The notes below the pieces were generated by a model. That model did no database searches. It saw nothing but the letters and a program-made list of their open reading frames with translations, and was not told the origin of the DNA. Positions 36,150-36,708 of a stretch of 36,708 bases of DNA are shown piece by piece. The position numbers and the translations under genes are program-made. Position 1 is the stretch's first letter; every line of letters starts with the position of its first letter. Source of the DNA: Octopus bimaculoides (lineage: Eukaryota); contig NC_068992.1 of NCBI RefSeq assembly GCF_001194135.2, forward strand, positions 59,873,811 to 59,910,518, in the 5' to 3' direction.

Positions 36150-36310
36150 CTCTATGGATAAGACGCTCTCTTTTCCAATCATGTGGTTTTGGGTTTAGTC
36201 CCACTGAGTGGCACCTTGCACAAGTGTCTTCTACTATAGCCCTAGGCCAACCAATGCTCTGCAAATAAATTTGGTGAACACAATACACAAACTGTGCATA
36301 GAAATCCATT
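36150..36310 (+). mobile_element. SINE family A head, about 140 bp upstream of the SK exon acceptor
   Basis: catgtggttttgggtttagtcccactgagtggcaccttgcacaagtgtcttctactatagccc. Confidence 0.75.
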
Positions 36311-36432
36311 GCACATCCGTCTGTCCGTCCGTCTGTCTATCCATCCATCCATCCATCTCTATATATATGCTCTTCAACTAGTATCAGCTCTGAAGCTGCA
36401 GTAATGTTGGGGCACCACTGCCAAAATACATA

Positions 36433-36626
36433 CTGGTTTCAAATTTTAGCACAAAGCCAGCAATGTCGGAGAGGGGACAAGTTGATTATACTGAACCCAT
36501 TGCTCAACTGGTACTTACTTTATCGATCCTAAAAGGATGAAAGGCAAAGTTGACCATGGTGCTATTTGAACTCAGAACATAAATACCACTAAACATTTTG
36601 CCTGGCATGCTAATGATTCTACCAGC
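36433..36626 (-). mobile_element. SINE family B copy
   Basis: tttcaaattttagcacaaagccagc...ggtacttactttatcgatcctaaaaggatgaaaggcaaagttgacc...atttgaactcagaac. Confidence 0.75.
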
Positions 36627-36656
36627 ATACAGCATATATACATATTCATATATATA

Positions 36657-36687
<31 letters not shown>

Positions 36688-36708
36688 ATATATGAATATA
36701 TATATATA

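Noticed and set aside
35830-36309. 159-aa ORF as a complete gene
   Set aside because: Only 35872-36007 is exon. The N-terminal part is SINE A plus intron, and the C-terminal tail runs past the GT donor.

Overview
AT-rich animal genomic DNA. The dense (TA/CA/ATC/ACC)n microsatellites, the repeat families and eight N-gaps point to a coleoid cephalopod draft assembly, probably Octopus (inference, not database-confirmed). Only one host coding exon is supported: the pore-loop exon of a small-conductance Ca2+-activated K+ channel (SK/KCNN) on the minus strand at 36007-35872, with clean AG/GT boundaries. The rest (1-35871) appears to be one very large intron; the S6/CaMBD exon is not visible. The intron holds at least five SINE-like families, two mariner derivatives, hAT- and MULE-type MITEs, Tx1/L1 and CR1-like LINE fragments, a Penelope-like remnant, two minisatellites and tRNA-like sequences. 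Nearly all listed ORFs are microsatellite artefacts. The most unusual signals are: (1) a tRNA-Thr-like cloverleaf whose acceptor stem continues as a 22-bp inverted repeat in a hairpin-rich island (10685-10799); (2) a Penelope-like remnant with inverted terminal repeats carrying a hammerhead-ribozyme core (34310-35311); (3) a 211-bp near-loopless palindrome with a second hammerhead-like core (32651-32861); (4) a mariner made of two 5' ends head-to-head (2648-3556); (5) several fold-back and inverted-SINE pairs that could form dsRNA in an ion-channel pre-mRNA. All alignments were done by eye and repeat boundaries are approximate. No clearly new multi-gene system is present.
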